Assembly (NCBI GenBank): GCA_964424195.1
Contig: CAYRHT010000002.1
Coordinates: 80,120 to 144,119 of the forward strand
Length of the DNA: 64,000 nt
From: an uncultured Gammaproteobacteria bacterium
GTDB taxonomy: Bacteria > Patescibacteriota > Patescibacteriia > UBA1558 > S5-K13
Reading direction: 5' to 3'
Below the pieces are notes generated by a model. The model was not told the origin of the DNA. It ran no database searches and saw nothing but the letters and a program-made list of their open reading frames with translations. Within the stretch, counting starts at the first letter, position 1. Every line of letters begins with the position of its first letter. Positions 1 through 11,100 of this stretch are shown piece after piece. Made by a program: the position numbers and the translations under genes.

Positions 1-261
1 CTGAGCAGTCTTTTTACCGTGGGAAGTTAGAAGTATTTTGTTAATAAAAGTTTTGTATTTAGTTTTTTTACAGAAAGCTACAATTAAATCTCTTTCAATT
101 AAACGATTCAAACTTTTAATAATTATATTTTCAATGTCTTTGGGCTTCTTCTTAATATTTTCATAAAACTTAAAAAATGTATTTTTATCAATTCCTCCTT
201 TTTGTTTATATCCTAAAGATTTTTTTAAGATATATTCTTGGAGTTTAGATAATTGATTCAT
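1..261 (-). CDS. Partial hypothetical protein. Its N-terminus lies in the window (ATG at 261-259) and it runs off the window start.
   Basis: The reverse-complement reading from 261 gives MNQLSKLQEYILKKSLGYKQKGGIDKNTFFKFYENIKKKPKDIENIII... with no stop before the window edge. It is not in the ORF track because it is truncated. No recognisable family. Confidence 0.3.
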   Translation of the reverse strand, partial: MNQLSKLQEYILKKSLGYKQKGGIDKNTFFKFYENIKKKPKDIENIIIKSLNRLIERDLIVAFCKKTKYKTFINKILLTSHGKKTAQ

Positions 262-265
262 TTTA

Positions 266-1675
266 TTATTTTATTTCTATTCCTAACTCTTTTAATTGCT
301 CTTTGCTTACTTTTTCAGGACTATCCATCATTGGATCATGACCATCAGAAGTTAAAGGAAAGGCAGTTACTTCTTTAAGATTCTTTTCTCCCATTAGAAT
401 CATCATTAATCTTTCTACTCCTAGAGCAATTCCACCATGTGGTGGGACACCATATTTGAAAGCTTCGTAATAATGAGCAAATTCTTTCTTTTGTTCTTTA
501 GTGAAGCCAATTAAATCCCATATCTTTTCTTGGATTTTCATATCGTGAATTCTAATTGCTCCTCCACCAAGTTCAAAACCATTCAAAGCTAAATCATGTT
601 GGTAGGAATGAACTTTTTCAGGACTTTTATCTAATAACTCTAAATCTTCTTCTTTAGGAGCAGTGAACATATTATGAGAAGGTCCCCATTTACCTTTAGT
701 TCCTACAAACTCCTCTTCTTCATTATTAGCGAATAATGGGAAATCTATAATCCAAGAAAAAGCTAATTCATTTGGATCTTCTTTGTCTTTTCTTAAGTCT
801 GGCTTATCAGTACCATATTTTTCCATAGCTTCTTGGTGACTAATTCGAGGCCATGGTTTAGTAGTGATTTTCTTTTCTGGGAATAATTCTTCTACCATTT
901 TAGTCATAGTATCTTCCATTAAATCTAATATCTCTGATTGACTTAAAAAGGACATTTCAACATCTAATTGATAGAATTCTCCTGAACTACGGTCAGAACG
1001 AGCATCTTCATCTCTAAAACAAGGAGCTATTTGAAAGTATTTCTCTAAACCAGCAATCATTAAGAGTTGTTTGTATTGTTGTGGTGCTTGTGGTAAGGCA
1101 AAAAACTTACCTTTATGAAGTCGAGAAGGTACAATGTAATCACGAGCTCCTTCTGGAGTTGATTTAGTTAGAATAGGAGTTTGAACTTCAGTGAAACCCT
1201 TATCATTTAAGTTATTTCTTAAAAAGTTCATTACTTGATGGCGAGATTTAATATTCTTAGCCATTCTTTCATGACGAAGATCTAGATAGCGATGTTTTAA
1301 TCGTAATTCTTCTCCAGCTTGTCGATCTTCATTTTCAATTTCAAAAGGAGGTGTTTCAGCTTCTGATAATATTTTAATATCCTTAGCTAAGATTTCTATC
1401 TTACCAGTTAATTGATCTTCTCTGATTTGTTTTTCTCCTCGAGCTTGAATGATTCCCTTTAAACTAATTACAAATTCTGGTCGAATATTATCTAATAGTG
1501 CTGCTGATTCTTTAGTCATTTCAGCTGGAACACAAACTGCTTGAATGATTCCAGTAGAATCTCGGAGATCAATAAAAGCTATTTTTCCCATTCTTCGAAA
1601 AACATGAACCCAGCCTTTTAATTCGACTTCTTTATTAATTTCTGAATTTACAGTTTCTTTAATGTAAGTTTTCAT
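266..1675 (-). CDS. aspS: Aspartate--tRNA ligase (class II AspRS)
   Basis: 469 aa. It has an N-terminal OB-fold anticodon-binding region, the class II motifs FRDEDARSDRSSGEFYQLDVEMSF and GGGAIRIHD, and the motif 3 region GVERL. Confidence 0.9.
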   Translation of the reverse strand: MKTYIKETVNSEINKEVELKGWVHVFRRMGKIAFIDLRDSTGIIQAVCVPAEMTKESAALLDNIRPEFVISLKGIIQARGEKQIREDQLTGKIEILAKDIKILSEAETPPFEIENEDRQAGEELRLKHRYLDLRHERMAKNIKSRHQVMNFLRNNLNDKGFTEVQTPILTKSTPEGARDYIVPSRLHKGKFFALPQAPQQYKQLLMIAGLEKYFQIAPCFRDEDARSDRSSGEFYQLDVEMSFLSQSEILDLMEDTMTKMVEELFPEKKITTKPWPRISHQEAMEKYGTDKPDLRKDKEDPNELAFSWIIDFPLFANNEEEEFVGTKGKWGPSHNMFTAPKEEDLELLDKSPEKVHSYQHDLALNGFELGGGAIRIHDMKIQEKIWDLIGFTKEQKKEFAHYYEAFKYGVPPHGGIALGVERLMMILMGEKNLKEVTAFPLTSDGHDPMMDSPEKVSKEQLKELGIEIK

Positions 1676-1679
1676 ATTG

Positions 1680-2666
1680 TTATTTTATATTTAATATCTT
1701 AGTTTGTCCTGGTATTGATTTATCAACTTCACCATAATCACCTTCGTCTTCCGTTTTTTTGACCTTTTCTACTATGTAGGTTAGATTTTGATTTTTATCT
1801 ATCTTTTTTAGAGTGTAGTTTGAATTGACTTCTTCGAGTAATATTTTTTCTAATCCATCTTCTATATTTTTTAAAATAATAGATCCTTTATTTCTTTGAG
1901 TATAAGGACCATAGAATTGTAATGTTTTGTCACTGTCACCCACGAAAATTACTTTTCCATAATTATTTATAAAGATGTGGTCATATGGAGTTAAGCCTTT
2001 TATTTCTTTGCCATCTGGATTAACAGTATATGTTTTATATTTTATAGCATGACCTGAGCCAGTTAGTGACGGATTGCCCCACTCTAAAATAATTTTTTGA
2101 TCATTTTCAGACCAAGCTATTGGAAAGTATAATACTAAACTACCGCCAGCATGAGCAGATTTAATGAAAGGATATAAGGAAATTGTTTTTGGATTTGCTT
2201 CGGGATATGAGAGGATTTTTGTTGTTTCATTGGTTATTAAGTTTTTTACAAAAATATTATATTCTAAAGTTTTTGTAGAATTGTATCGTTTCCCTTCACT
2301 GTCAGCGTCATTCATTTCTTTGATTACTTTGCTGATTTCAGAGTAAACTATTTTATCTTTATTATTGGATAAAATAGAACTCACAATGAAAAAACCATCA
2401 TTAGGTTCTATTTTAATTGGGGCATCTTTTTTTTGTAAATGTTCAGCTAAGCCTGGTAAATAATAATTTTCTAGAGAAGTTTCTTTATCTTCCCCAATAC
2501 TTTCTATTTCTAGTGTTTCTACTTTTTCACTAATTTCATCAATTTGATCCTGTAATTTTAATTCTGCAAAATCAATATTTTCTTTTTGTAGAAAGTAAGT
2601 CAGTATTATTCCAGAGATTATCAATATTCCGATAATTATAGCAATGATTGTGGTTTTTTTATTCAT
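1680..2666 (-). CDS. Hypothetical membrane-anchored protein (N-terminal TM helix, extracytoplasmic domain)
   Basis: 328 aa. The N-terminal hydrophobic stretch TTIIAIIIGILIISGIILTYF is followed by a soluble domain with no recognisable motifs. It lies 4 nt downstream of aspS on the same strand. Confidence 0.45.
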   Translation of the reverse strand: MNKKTTIIAIIIGILIISGIILTYFLQKENIDFAELKLQDQIDEISEKVETLEIESIGEDKETSLENYYLPGLAEHLQKKDAPIKIEPNDGFFIVSSILSNNKDKIVYSEISKVIKEMNDADSEGKRYNSTKTLEYNIFVKNLITNETTKILSYPEANPKTISLYPFIKSAHAGGSLVLYFPIAWSENDQKIILEWGNPSLTGSGHAIKYKTYTVNPDGKEIKGLTPYDHIFINNYGKVIFVGDSDKTLQFYGPYTQRNKGSIILKNIEDGLEKILLEEVNSNYTLKKIDKNQNLTYIVEKVKKTEDEGDYGEVDKSIPGQTKILNIK

Positions 2667-2681
2667 ATTATTTATGTATTT

Positions 2682-3983
2682 TTATCTGCCAATAGAAACG
2701 TAATTAAATCCTAATTCTCTAATTTCTTGAGGTTTGTAAACATTTCGGCAATCAATTAAATTAGCTTCTTTCATAGAGTCTTTTACTTTCTTCATATCAA
2801 TTTCTTTAAAAACATTCCATTCAGTTACTAGAATTAAGAGATCTATATCTTTGGTAACTTCATAAGCATTCTGACAATATTCTATATCCTTGATTTCTTT
2901 TTTAGCATTTTCCATAGCTTCCGGATCGAAAGCTTTGACCTGAGCTCCTTGTTCTAAAAGGTCTTTGATAATAACTCTAGAAGGAGCTTCCCGAATATCA
3001 TCAGTATTAGGTTTAAAAGAAAGTCCCCAGATACCAACAGTTTTATCTTTTAAATCTGGTAATAATTGATTTACTTTTTTAATAATTGATTGTTTTTGTC
3101 TAAGGTTTACATCTTCAATTGCTTCCATTATCTTACAATCAATATTATTTTCTTTCATTTCATAGATTAAAGCTTGAACATCTTTAGGAAAACAAGCTCC
3201 ACCATAACCACAACCAGCTTGTAAGAACCGTGGACTAATTCTGTTATCCAAACCAATACCTCGAGCAATCTCTTTAATATTCGATCCGGTCTTTTCAGCA
3301 TAATGAGATAATTCATTCATGAATGATATTTTGGAAGCTAGCATAGCATTAGCTGCATATTTAATTGTTTCAGAAGTAGTAGTGTCAGTGAACATGATTG
3401 GTTTGTCAGTCCGAGCTAAAGCATCATACATTTTTAACATAATCTTTTTAGCTTGTTCATCATCTTTTTCAATACCAATTACTATTCGATCGGGAATTAA
3501 AAAGTCTTTTACAGCTGATCCTTCTCGCAGAAATTCTGGATTAGAAACTACAGAGAACTTTATTTCCCCATTGATCTCTTCAATAGTTTCTCTAACTTTT
3601 TGAGCAGTTAAAGGAGGAACTGTACTTTTGTTCACAATTACTTTGTATTCTTTCATATTCTCTCCAATAACTTTAGCTACAGCAAAAACAGCTGAGAGAT
3701 CAGCTTGACCATTAGGAGACTGAGGTGTACCCACAGCAATGAATATGGTTTGAGCAAATTCAATTCCCTTTTGAGCATCTAAACTAAATTGAAGTCTTCC
3801 TTGTTTAGTATTTCTTTTAATTAAATCAGAAAGACCAGGTTCATAGAAAGGAACTTCTCCCTTATTCAATTTCTTTATCTTTTCTTTATCAATATCAATG
3901 CATAAAACATCATGTCCAAGGTCAGCCATACAAGCTCCTTGAACTAATCCGACATATCCAGTTCCAAAAATAGTGATTCTCAT
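2682..3983 (-). CDS. ugd: UDP-glucose 6-dehydrogenase / nucleotide-sugar dehydrogenase family
   Basis: 433 aa. N-terminal Rossmann motif MRITIFGTGYVGLVQGACMADLGHDV. Catalytic Cys motif GGACFPKDV. C-terminal UDP-binding domain. Confidence 0.8.
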   Translation of the reverse strand: MRITIFGTGYVGLVQGACMADLGHDVLCIDIDKEKIKKLNKGEVPFYEPGLSDLIKRNTKQGRLQFSLDAQKGIEFAQTIFIAVGTPQSPNGQADLSAVFAVAKVIGENMKEYKVIVNKSTVPPLTAQKVRETIEEINGEIKFSVVSNPEFLREGSAVKDFLIPDRIVIGIEKDDEQAKKIMLKMYDALARTDKPIMFTDTTTSETIKYAANAMLASKISFMNELSHYAEKTGSNIKEIARGIGLDNRISPRFLQAGCGYGGACFPKDVQALIYEMKENNIDCKIMEAIEDVNLRQKQSIIKKVNQLLPDLKDKTVGIWGLSFKPNTDDIREAPSRVIIKDLLEQGAQVKAFDPEAMENAKKEIKDIEYCQNAYEVTKDIDLLILVTEWNVFKEIDMKKVKDSMKEANLIDCRNVYKPQEIRELGFNYVSIGR

Positions 3984-4005
3984 ATTTTTAATTAATAATT
4001 TTAAA

Positions 4006-5298
4006 TTAAGGAGTTAATCTGTTAATCATTCGAGGGAAAGGAATGGTTTCTCTAATGTGATGAACACCACAAATCCAACCAGTTAATCTTTCTAAACCAT
4101 AACCAAATCCAGAATGAGTAACAGAACCATATTTTCTTAGATCTAAATACCATTGGAATTCAGCCATTGGTAATTTCTCTTCTTCTATTCTAGCTTTTAA
4201 TATTTCGTAATCATCCTCTCTTTGAGAACCACCAATTATTTCTCCATGACCTTCAGTAGCAATTAAATCTGAACCTAGAACTAAATTATCATCTTCTGAG
4301 TCTCGTTTCATATAGAAGGCTTTGATTGCTTTGGGCCATTTTTCTACAAAGATTGGAACATCACTATTTTCAGTAAGCATAGTTTCATCCTCTGCTCCTA
4401 AATCATCTTCTAAAGTTATTTTAGATCCTTTGGATTGTAAAAATTCTACAGCTGCAGTGTGAGTCATTCTTTTAAAAGGAGCTTTTATCTTCTCTAATTT
4501 ACTAATATCTCTTTCTAAGATTTCTAATTCTTCACTACAATTCTTTAAAACATCTTGAACAATGTAAGAAATTAGATTTTCTTGAATTTCCATATTACCT
4601 TGATGATCACAGAAAGCCATTTCAGCATCCATCATCCAGAATTCTGTTAGATGTCTTCTAGTTTTAGATTTTTCTGCTCTAAAAGTAGGACCAAAGTCAA
4701 AGACTCGTCCATGAGACATAATTGCGGCTTCAATATATAGTTGTCCAGATTGAGAGAGATAGGCTTTTCCCATATCAAAATAATCTACTCCAAACAAAGT
4801 AGTTGTTCCTTCACAAGCATTGGGAGTTAGAATTGGTGAGTCTATTTTAATAAAGTGTTCTTTGTGGAAGAAATCATAAGTAGCTTGAATAATTCTGTCT
4901 CTTACTTTTTGAATAGCCCATTGTTTTTTAGATCTTAACCAGAGGTGTCTATTATCTAGTAAAAAAGCTTCACCATGATCTTTGTTAGAGATTGGATATT
5001 CTTCAGCAACTTGAAGTAATTTTAAATTAGAAACTTGAATTTCATATTCTTCTTTTTTAGGATGCTTAGAAACTTTACCTTCTAATTCAATAGAAGTTTC
5101 TTGAGTAATCTTTTCACATTCATTCCATAATTTTTCCTCAATATCATTTTTAGAAACAATAGCTTGAATAAATCCAGAACCATCTCTAATTTGTAAGAAA
5201 TACAAAGAACCAGATGATCTAAAATTATGGATCCAACCCTCTATTTTTACTTCTTGGTCTAAATGTTTATCTATGTCTGATATAAATACTTTTTTCAT
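4006..5298 (-). CDS. asnS: Asparagine--tRNA ligase (class II AsnRS)
   Basis: 430 aa. N-terminal OB fold, the motif FRAEKSKTRRHLTEFWMMDAEMAF, and the C-terminal GFGYGLERL. Confidence 0.85.
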   Translation of the reverse strand: MKKVFISDIDKHLDQEVKIEGWIHNFRSSGSLYFLQIRDGSGFIQAIVSKNDIEEKLWNECEKITQETSIELEGKVSKHPKKEEYEIQVSNLKLLQVAEEYPISNKDHGEAFLLDNRHLWLRSKKQWAIQKVRDRIIQATYDFFHKEHFIKIDSPILTPNACEGTTTLFGVDYFDMGKAYLSQSGQLYIEAAIMSHGRVFDFGPTFRAEKSKTRRHLTEFWMMDAEMAFCDHQGNMEIQENLISYIVQDVLKNCSEELEILERDISKLEKIKAPFKRMTHTAAVEFLQSKGSKITLEDDLGAEDETMLTENSDVPIFVEKWPKAIKAFYMKRDSEDDNLVLGSDLIATEGHGEIIGGSQREDDYEILKARIEEEKLPMAEFQWYLDLRKYGSVTHSGFGYGLERLTGWICGVHHIRETIPFPRMINRLTP

Positions 5299-5443
5299 AA
5301 AATAATTCTTAAGAATTAACTAAAAATACTAAATTTTCCTTTAATTTAGCTATGTTTATTATATAATTAATAATTTAAAGTTTCAAGTTGACTTATTATG
5401 ATAATTTTGGTAATTTAGAGTATTAAATAAAATAGGAGGAAAA

Positions 5444-5653
5444 ATGAGCAAAAAAGAAACTAGATTGAAAAAGTTAAGAGAAGATTTATTAGAAGCAAAA
5501 GAAGAGTATCGAAAAGATAGAGAAGCTTATTCAGAACTAAGAGGATGGCCTGGACGAGAAGGGGCTATGGATATGGCCCAAAATGCTAAGCGAGATTCAG
5601 AAAAAAAAGTTCGTGAATTAGAAAAAGAAATATCTGAATTAGAGAAAAAATAA
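5444..5653 (+). CDS. Small charged coiled-coil protein, hypothetical
   Basis: 69 aa, K/E-rich. A consensus RBS AGGAGG sits 7 nt upstream of the ATG. It is followed directly by a terminator hairpin. Confidence 0.45.
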   Translation: MSKKETRLKKLREDLLEAKEEYRKDREAYSELRGWPGREGAMDMAQNAKRDSEKKVRELEKEISELEKK

Positions 5654-5658
5654 AAAAC

Positions 5659-5690
5659 AAACGGTTCGTTATTCACGAACCGTTTTTATA
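5659..5690. terminator. Bidirectional Rho-independent terminator between convergent genes
   Basis: The hairpin AAACGGTTCG-ttattca-CGAACCGTTT is flanked by an A-run upstream and a T-run downstream. Confidence 0.6.
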
Positions 5691-5712
5691 TTAAAAAGTT
5701 TTTAGATAATAT

Positions 5713-6819
5713 TTAACTAAACTCTGTCTTATGTATCACAATACTTTCTAATATCCCTACAGCAATTAAACTCATCCACATGGAAGACCCACCATAAGAG
5801 ATAAATGGAAGTGGGAGACCAATCACTGGAGCCATTCCTAAATTCATAGCAATGTTCATCATGGCTTGAAAGAAAAACATAATTAGAAATCCTAGAGCCA
5901 GAAAGACTGCAAAGTTATCATTAGACTTTCTAATAATAGTAATGATTCTGTACAAGAATATACCAATAATAATAATTACTAAAGCTGAACCTAGAAAACC
6001 AAATTCTTCAGAAATAACTGCATAGATAAAGTCAGTCCTCTGCTCTGGTAAGAAGTTTAATTGACTTTGAGAACCTAAACCAAAACCTCTTCCTGTTAAT
6101 TTACCAGAACCAACTGCAATTACTGATTGAGAAAGATTGTAGCCTACTCCCAAAGGATCTGCTCCAGGATCTAAGAAAGTTAGAATTCTTTCTTTTTGAT
6201 ATGTTTTTAGAAAGCCAAACCAACCAAAAGAAATAGTGATAATAATTAAGAGGGAAATAATTAGAACCTTCTTTTTGTTGATGTTGGTAAAAAATATCAT
6301 CATGAACCAAATTACAAAAAGAATAATAGCTGAACCCATATCTGGTTGTAAGAGAACTAAGAAGATCATTAAGAAACTTACTGCTCCAGAAAAAAGAATT
6401 GGAGACCAAGAATGATAGAATTCTTTGGCAGTAGTAGAAAGATATTTAGCTAAGAAGATAATTAGTGATATTTTAACCAATTCTACTGGTTGAAATCTAA
6501 AGCCAAACAATGAAATCCAAGCACTAGCTCCTCGAATAGATCTTCCAAAGATTACTACAGCTAATAACAGAACTACAGAAAGAACTAAGAATACTTTATA
6601 GTATGATTTTAAAGATCGATAATCTAAGACAGTAAACCCTAATAATAATATGATACCAGTAATAGCATAAGCTAATTGCTTATTAAAAAAGATCATCTTA
6701 GTTTCAATATTACTTAACCCAATACTATAGATATTCAAAAGTCCAATAATGATTAACAAAAAAACTGCAATTAGCAGTACCAGATCTATTTTATGTAATG
6801 ATCTAAAAGATATTTTCAT
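5713..6819 (-). CDS. SEDS-family peptidoglycan glycosyltransferase (RodA/FtsW)
   Basis: 368 aa, about 10 TM segments. Conserved SEDS region LDPGADPLGVGYNLSQSVIAVGSGKLTGRGFGLGSQS and FIYAVISEEFGFLG. Confidence 0.85.
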   Translation of the reverse strand: MKISFRSLHKIDLVLLIAVFLLIIIGLLNIYSIGLSNIETKMIFFNKQLAYAITGIILLLGFTVLDYRSLKSYYKVFLVLSVVLLLAVVIFGRSIRGASAWISLFGFRFQPVELVKISLIIFLAKYLSTTAKEFYHSWSPILFSGAVSFLMIFLVLLQPDMGSAIILFVIWFMMIFFTNINKKKVLIISLLIIITISFGWFGFLKTYQKERILTFLDPGADPLGVGYNLSQSVIAVGSGKLTGRGFGLGSQSQLNFLPEQRTDFIYAVISEEFGFLGSALVIIIIGIFLYRIITIIRKSNDNFAVFLALGFLIMFFFQAMMNIAMNLGMAPVIGLPLPFISYGGSSMWMSLIAVGILESIVIHKTEFS

Positions 6820-6823
6820 AGTT

Positions 6824-7654
6824 TTATCTAGGGTCTATATAATTCTCAGGATTTAATAGGTTAACACTAGGCTCTATTTTTAGAGTGACATAAGAGGGCA
6901 TTTTTTGAAACCAAGATGCTTGAAGATTCTTTCCTTCCTGAGCATAGAATCTATCTGTTGTGATTTCATTAATAGCTACTAGCTTAGAACCTAAGTAAAG
7001 AGAGATATAGAACTTACTATTTAACCAATTATATGGTGATTCATTAATGGCTGTAAATTCAATCCAATTCCGAGCATTATCATTTTGATTATCAAAATGC
7101 ATCTCTTGATTGCTAATAGTAAATATCTCTTTATTAAACTCTTCTACTTCAGATATTTTTAATCTTTTCCAATTAATATTAATAACTTCAATATCTACTG
7201 TTCTGATTATCTTATTACTTTCAACATTAAAGTCGATAAGTTTTTTAGTTTCTCCTGGTAGTAAAAAAGCAGTTTTCTCTACACTAGTTTTATTATCGTA
7301 TATAAATTTGTATTTTAATTCAGTTACAGCTATTTTTTCATTAGGATTTCTCATTTCCACTACAATATCATATTTATTATTAGTTAAAGAAATTATATTT
7401 TTGTTAACTATGATTAGATCTTGAGCTTTATTCATTTCTCGAACACTTTGAAAATCTATAGTATTAGCAGTAAAATCTAATTCATTATTATCTTGAATTT
7501 TAATATCTATAAATTTAATTAAAGAAAAAGAGAATAAGCTAAAAATAATTATTAATAAAATAATAATGATAGTTCTCTTTAAAAGAGTTTTGTTTTTAAT
7601 TAACCACAAACTTCTTTCAATTTCTTGATCACTAATTTGTTCTTGAAAATTCAT
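6824..7654 (-). CDS. Hypothetical membrane-anchored protein; its stop lies 4 nt upstream of the SEDS gene
   Basis: 276 aa with a single N-terminal TM helix (IIIILLIIIFSLFSFSLIKF). No recognisable motifs. The arrangement looks like an operon with rodA/ftsW. Confidence 0.45.
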   Translation of the reverse strand: MNFQEQISDQEIERSLWLIKNKTLLKRTIIIILLIIIFSLFSFSLIKFIDIKIQDNNELDFTANTIDFQSVREMNKAQDLIIVNKNIISLTNNKYDIVVEMRNPNEKIAVTELKYKFIYDNKTSVEKTAFLLPGETKKLIDFNVESNKIIRTVDIEVININWKRLKISEVEEFNKEIFTISNQEMHFDNQNDNARNWIEFTAINESPYNWLNSKFYISLYLGSKLVAINEITTDRFYAQEGKNLQASWFQKMPSYVTLKIEPSVNLLNPENYIDPR

Positions 7655-7718
7655 AAAGTAATTTATATCTAGTATCTTTATTATACTATTTTTTTTAATA
7701 TTTATAAAATGTGATATA

Positions 7719-8069
7719 ATGAAAATGTTAAGTTTAAAAATAAAAAATAAAAATATGTTTGAAACTTCAAAAGATGTTTTGAATTTAGTTTTAGCTTTAT
7801 CAATTGCTGGAGTAACTGTTTTTATCTGTTGGCTCTTGTATTATTTTATCTCTAGCATTAGAAAATTACATGATGCAATTAGTATTTTCCAGAAAACTTT
7901 GAAAACAGCAAATGAAATAGTAGATAGTGCTAAGAAAAAATTAAAAGACTCCTCTACGCATTTAAAGTTAATTGGGATGTTGGTTCAAAAAGTTGTTGAG
8001 GAAGTTCAAAACAAAAGACAAAAAAGAAAAACAAAGACTCCTAAAGCTAAAAAGGCTAAGAAAAAATAA
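7719..8069 (+). CDS. Small membrane protein with a lysine-rich C-terminal tail, hypothetical
   Basis: 116 aa. One TM helix (LVLALSIAGVTVFICWLLYYFI). C-terminus KRQKRKTKTPKAKKAKKK. Confidence 0.4.
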   Translation: MKMLSLKIKNKNMFETSKDVLNLVLALSIAGVTVFICWLLYYFISSIRKLHDAISIFQKTLKTANEIVDSAKKKLKDSSTHLKLIGMLVQKVVEEVQNKRQKRKTKTPKAKKAKKK

Positions 8070-8163
8070 AAACAAAATTTTTTAAAGAAAAATAAAAATT
8101 TATCACTCTTTTATAGTAGTGATATAATTTTTTGAGATATTATTTCTAATTTAAATAGATTCA

Positions 8164-11100
8164 ATGCAATTTATACATCTTCACAATCATAGTCACTATA
8201 GTCTCCTGGACGGACTTCCTAAGGTCCCAGAATTAGTGGCGGAAGCTAAAAGGCTTGGTATGAAAGCTGTGGCTTTAACTGATCATGGAGTTATGTATGG
8301 TGTCATTGAGTTCTATCAAGAATGTATTAAGAACGATATTAAGCCAATTATTGGGGTAGAATTCTATTTAGCTCGACGCGGTTTGAAAGACAAGAAACCA
8401 AATATTGATGCTAAACCATATCATCTAATTCTTTTAGCTAAGAATAATATTGGCTATAATAATCTTTTGAAGTTAACTTCCATTGCTCATATGGAGGGTT
8501 TTTATTATAAACCTAGAATTGATTGGGAGACTTTAGAAAAGCACCATGATGGTTTAATAGCGATGAGTGCTTGTTTGAATGGTCAAATTCCAAAAACTAT
8601 TTTAGCTGGAGACTTAAAAGAAGCCAATAACTTAGTTGTAAAATACAAAGAACTTTTTGGAGTAGATAATTTTTATCTAGAACTTCAATCTCATCCTGGA
8701 AAAGAAGAACAAGAAAATGTTAATAAGGAATTAATTAATTTATCTAAAGTTCATGGAGTTGGTTTAGTAGCTACTAATGATGTTCATTACCTTCATCCTG
8801 AAGATGCTGAGGCTCAAGATCTTCTAATGTGTTTACAAATGAAGAAAAAGATTAGTGATCAGGACAGAATGAAATTAACAGATTTTGATTTATCTTTTCG
8901 TCCAGCAGAAAAAATGATAGAAGATTTTGCTAGTGTACCAGAAGCAATTAAAAATACTGAGAAAATTGCTAGCATGTGTAATGTAGAAATTGAATTAGGT
9001 AAGATATCTCTCCCCCACTTCGATCTTCCTAATAATGAAAATCCAGATTCTTATCTAGGAAAAATTTGTCGAGAAGGATTAAAGAAAAGATATCCAGATT
9101 GTTTTGGGGAGAAAGTTGCTAAGTCATGCGATCAAGAAAGATTAGAGAAAATAAATAAAAGATTAGAATATGAATTAGCTGTAATTGAAAAGACTGGCTA
9201 TGCTTCTTATTTCTTAATCGTACAGGATTTTATAAATTGGGCTAAGGAAAATAATATAGTTGTTGGTCCTGGTCGAGGAAGTGCTGCCGGATCTATTGTT
9301 TCTTATCTAATTAATATTACTGATGTTGATCCTTTGAAGTATAATTTAATCTTTGAAAGATTCTTGAATCCCGAGAGAATTTCTATGCCTGATATTGATA
9401 TAGATTTTGCTGATGTTCGGAGAGGAGAAATCATTAAATATGTAGAAAAGAAATATGGACACGATCATGTAGCTCAGATTATTACCTTTGGAACTATGGC
9501 TGCTAAGGCAGCTATTAGAGATGTGGGTCGAGCTTTAGGTTTAGGTCATGGTTATTGTGATCGAATCGCTAAAATGATTCCAATGTTCTTTAACTTAGAA
9601 GATGCTATTAATGCTTCACCAGAGCTTAAAGAAGCCTATGAGCATGATCCAGAAGCTAAACAATTAATAGATTTTGCTAAGAAATTAGAAGGAGTAGCTA
9701 AGCATCATTCAACACATGCTTGTGGAGTATTAATTTCTAAAGATAAGTTAGTAGAAACAGTTCCTCTTCAATATGCCTCTTCTAGTGATCAGACTATTAT
9801 ATCCCAATACTCTCTCCACCCTATCGAAGACTTAGGTTTGTTGAAGATGGACTTTTTAGGATTAAAGAATCTAACTATTTTAGAAAATGTTATTAAAATT
9901 ATTGATAGAATTCATCAGAAAGAAGTTACTTTAAAAGATGTTGATTTAGAAGACAAGACAACTTTTAAATTATTACAAAAAGGTCAGACCACTGGAGTAT
10001 TCCAACTAGAATCATCAGGAATGAAAAAGTGGTTAACTAAATTAAAGCCTAATAGATTTGAAGATATTATTGCGATGGTAGCCCTCTACCGTCCAGGTCC
10101 AATGGAATTTATTCCTGACTTTATTAATGGCAAACAAAAGAGGAAGAAAATTACCTATGATGATCCAAGATTAGAACCAATTTTGGAGGGAACTTATGGT
10201 ATTGCTGTCTATCAAGAACAAGTCATGGAAATTGCTCGGCAATTAGCTGGTTTTTCTTATGCGGAAGCAGATATTTTAAGAAAAGCGGTGGGTAAGAAAA
10301 TTAAGAAGCTATTGGATGAACAAAAAGATAAGCTAATTGATGGTATGGTAAACAATGGTCTTTCTGATGATCATGCTCGAAAGATTTGGCAAACAATTGA
10401 ACCTTTTGCTTCCTATGGTTTTAACAAAGCTCATGCTACTTGTTATGCTTTGATTGCTTTTCAAACAGCATATTTTAAAGCTAACTACCCTACTGAATTC
10501 ATGGCTGCTCTTTTAACTGCTGATCAAGATGATATTGATAAGGTAGCAATTAGAATTAGAGAAGCTAGTCAAATGAAAATAAAAGTTTTACCACCTAATA
10601 TAAATAAAAGTTTTTCTACTTTTACTGTTTTGTCAGAAGAATTGAGAAAAGGACATAAACAAATTAGATTTGGTCTAAATGCTATTAAAAATGTAGGTAG
10701 TAATATTGTGGCAGACATTATTAGGGAACGAAAAGAAAATGGAGCTTTTAAAAATATAGAAGATTTTTTAATGAGAGTGCAAGATAAGGATTTAAATCGG
10801 AAGTCATTAGAGAGTTTAATTAAATCAGGAACTATGAATGGTTTTGGAGATATTAATGTTTTACTAAATAATATAGATAAATTATTGGAGTTTAATAGAT
10901 ATCAGAAGAAAGAAAAGTTGAACGGACAATCAAGTATCTTTTCTAAAATGTCAGCTGGAAGAAGTTTCTCAATTAAATTAGACAAGTGTCCTAATGTTGA
11001 TCCAAAAGATAAATTAGCTTGGGAAAAAGAAATGTTAGGATTATACATTACCGACCATCCTTTTAAAGATTTACAAAAGAAACTATCTAAAAAGATAAAA

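Noticed and set aside
2164-2346. Short ORFs from the six-frame track that lie entirely inside longer annotated genes on the opposite strand. They start at 2164, 3319, 6101, 7110, 10902, 15222, 17533, 18648, 19799, 22629, 25545, 26203, 27505, 34917, 37419, 38004, 39104, 39710, 40065, 43095, 45895, 48895, 51108, 52241, 54650, 57289, 58307, 59461, 59999, 60978 and 61954.
   Set aside because: All are antisense to well-supported genes with recognisable domains. They have low-complexity, AT-driven composition and no RBS. They are treated as spurious.
5386-5420. Several TTGACN-N17-TAnnnT promoter-like matches in AT-rich spacers (for example TTGACT at 5386).
   Set aside because: In a genome of about 30% GC such matches occur frequently by chance. 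Only the two best-positioned examples (12821 and 45849) were reported.
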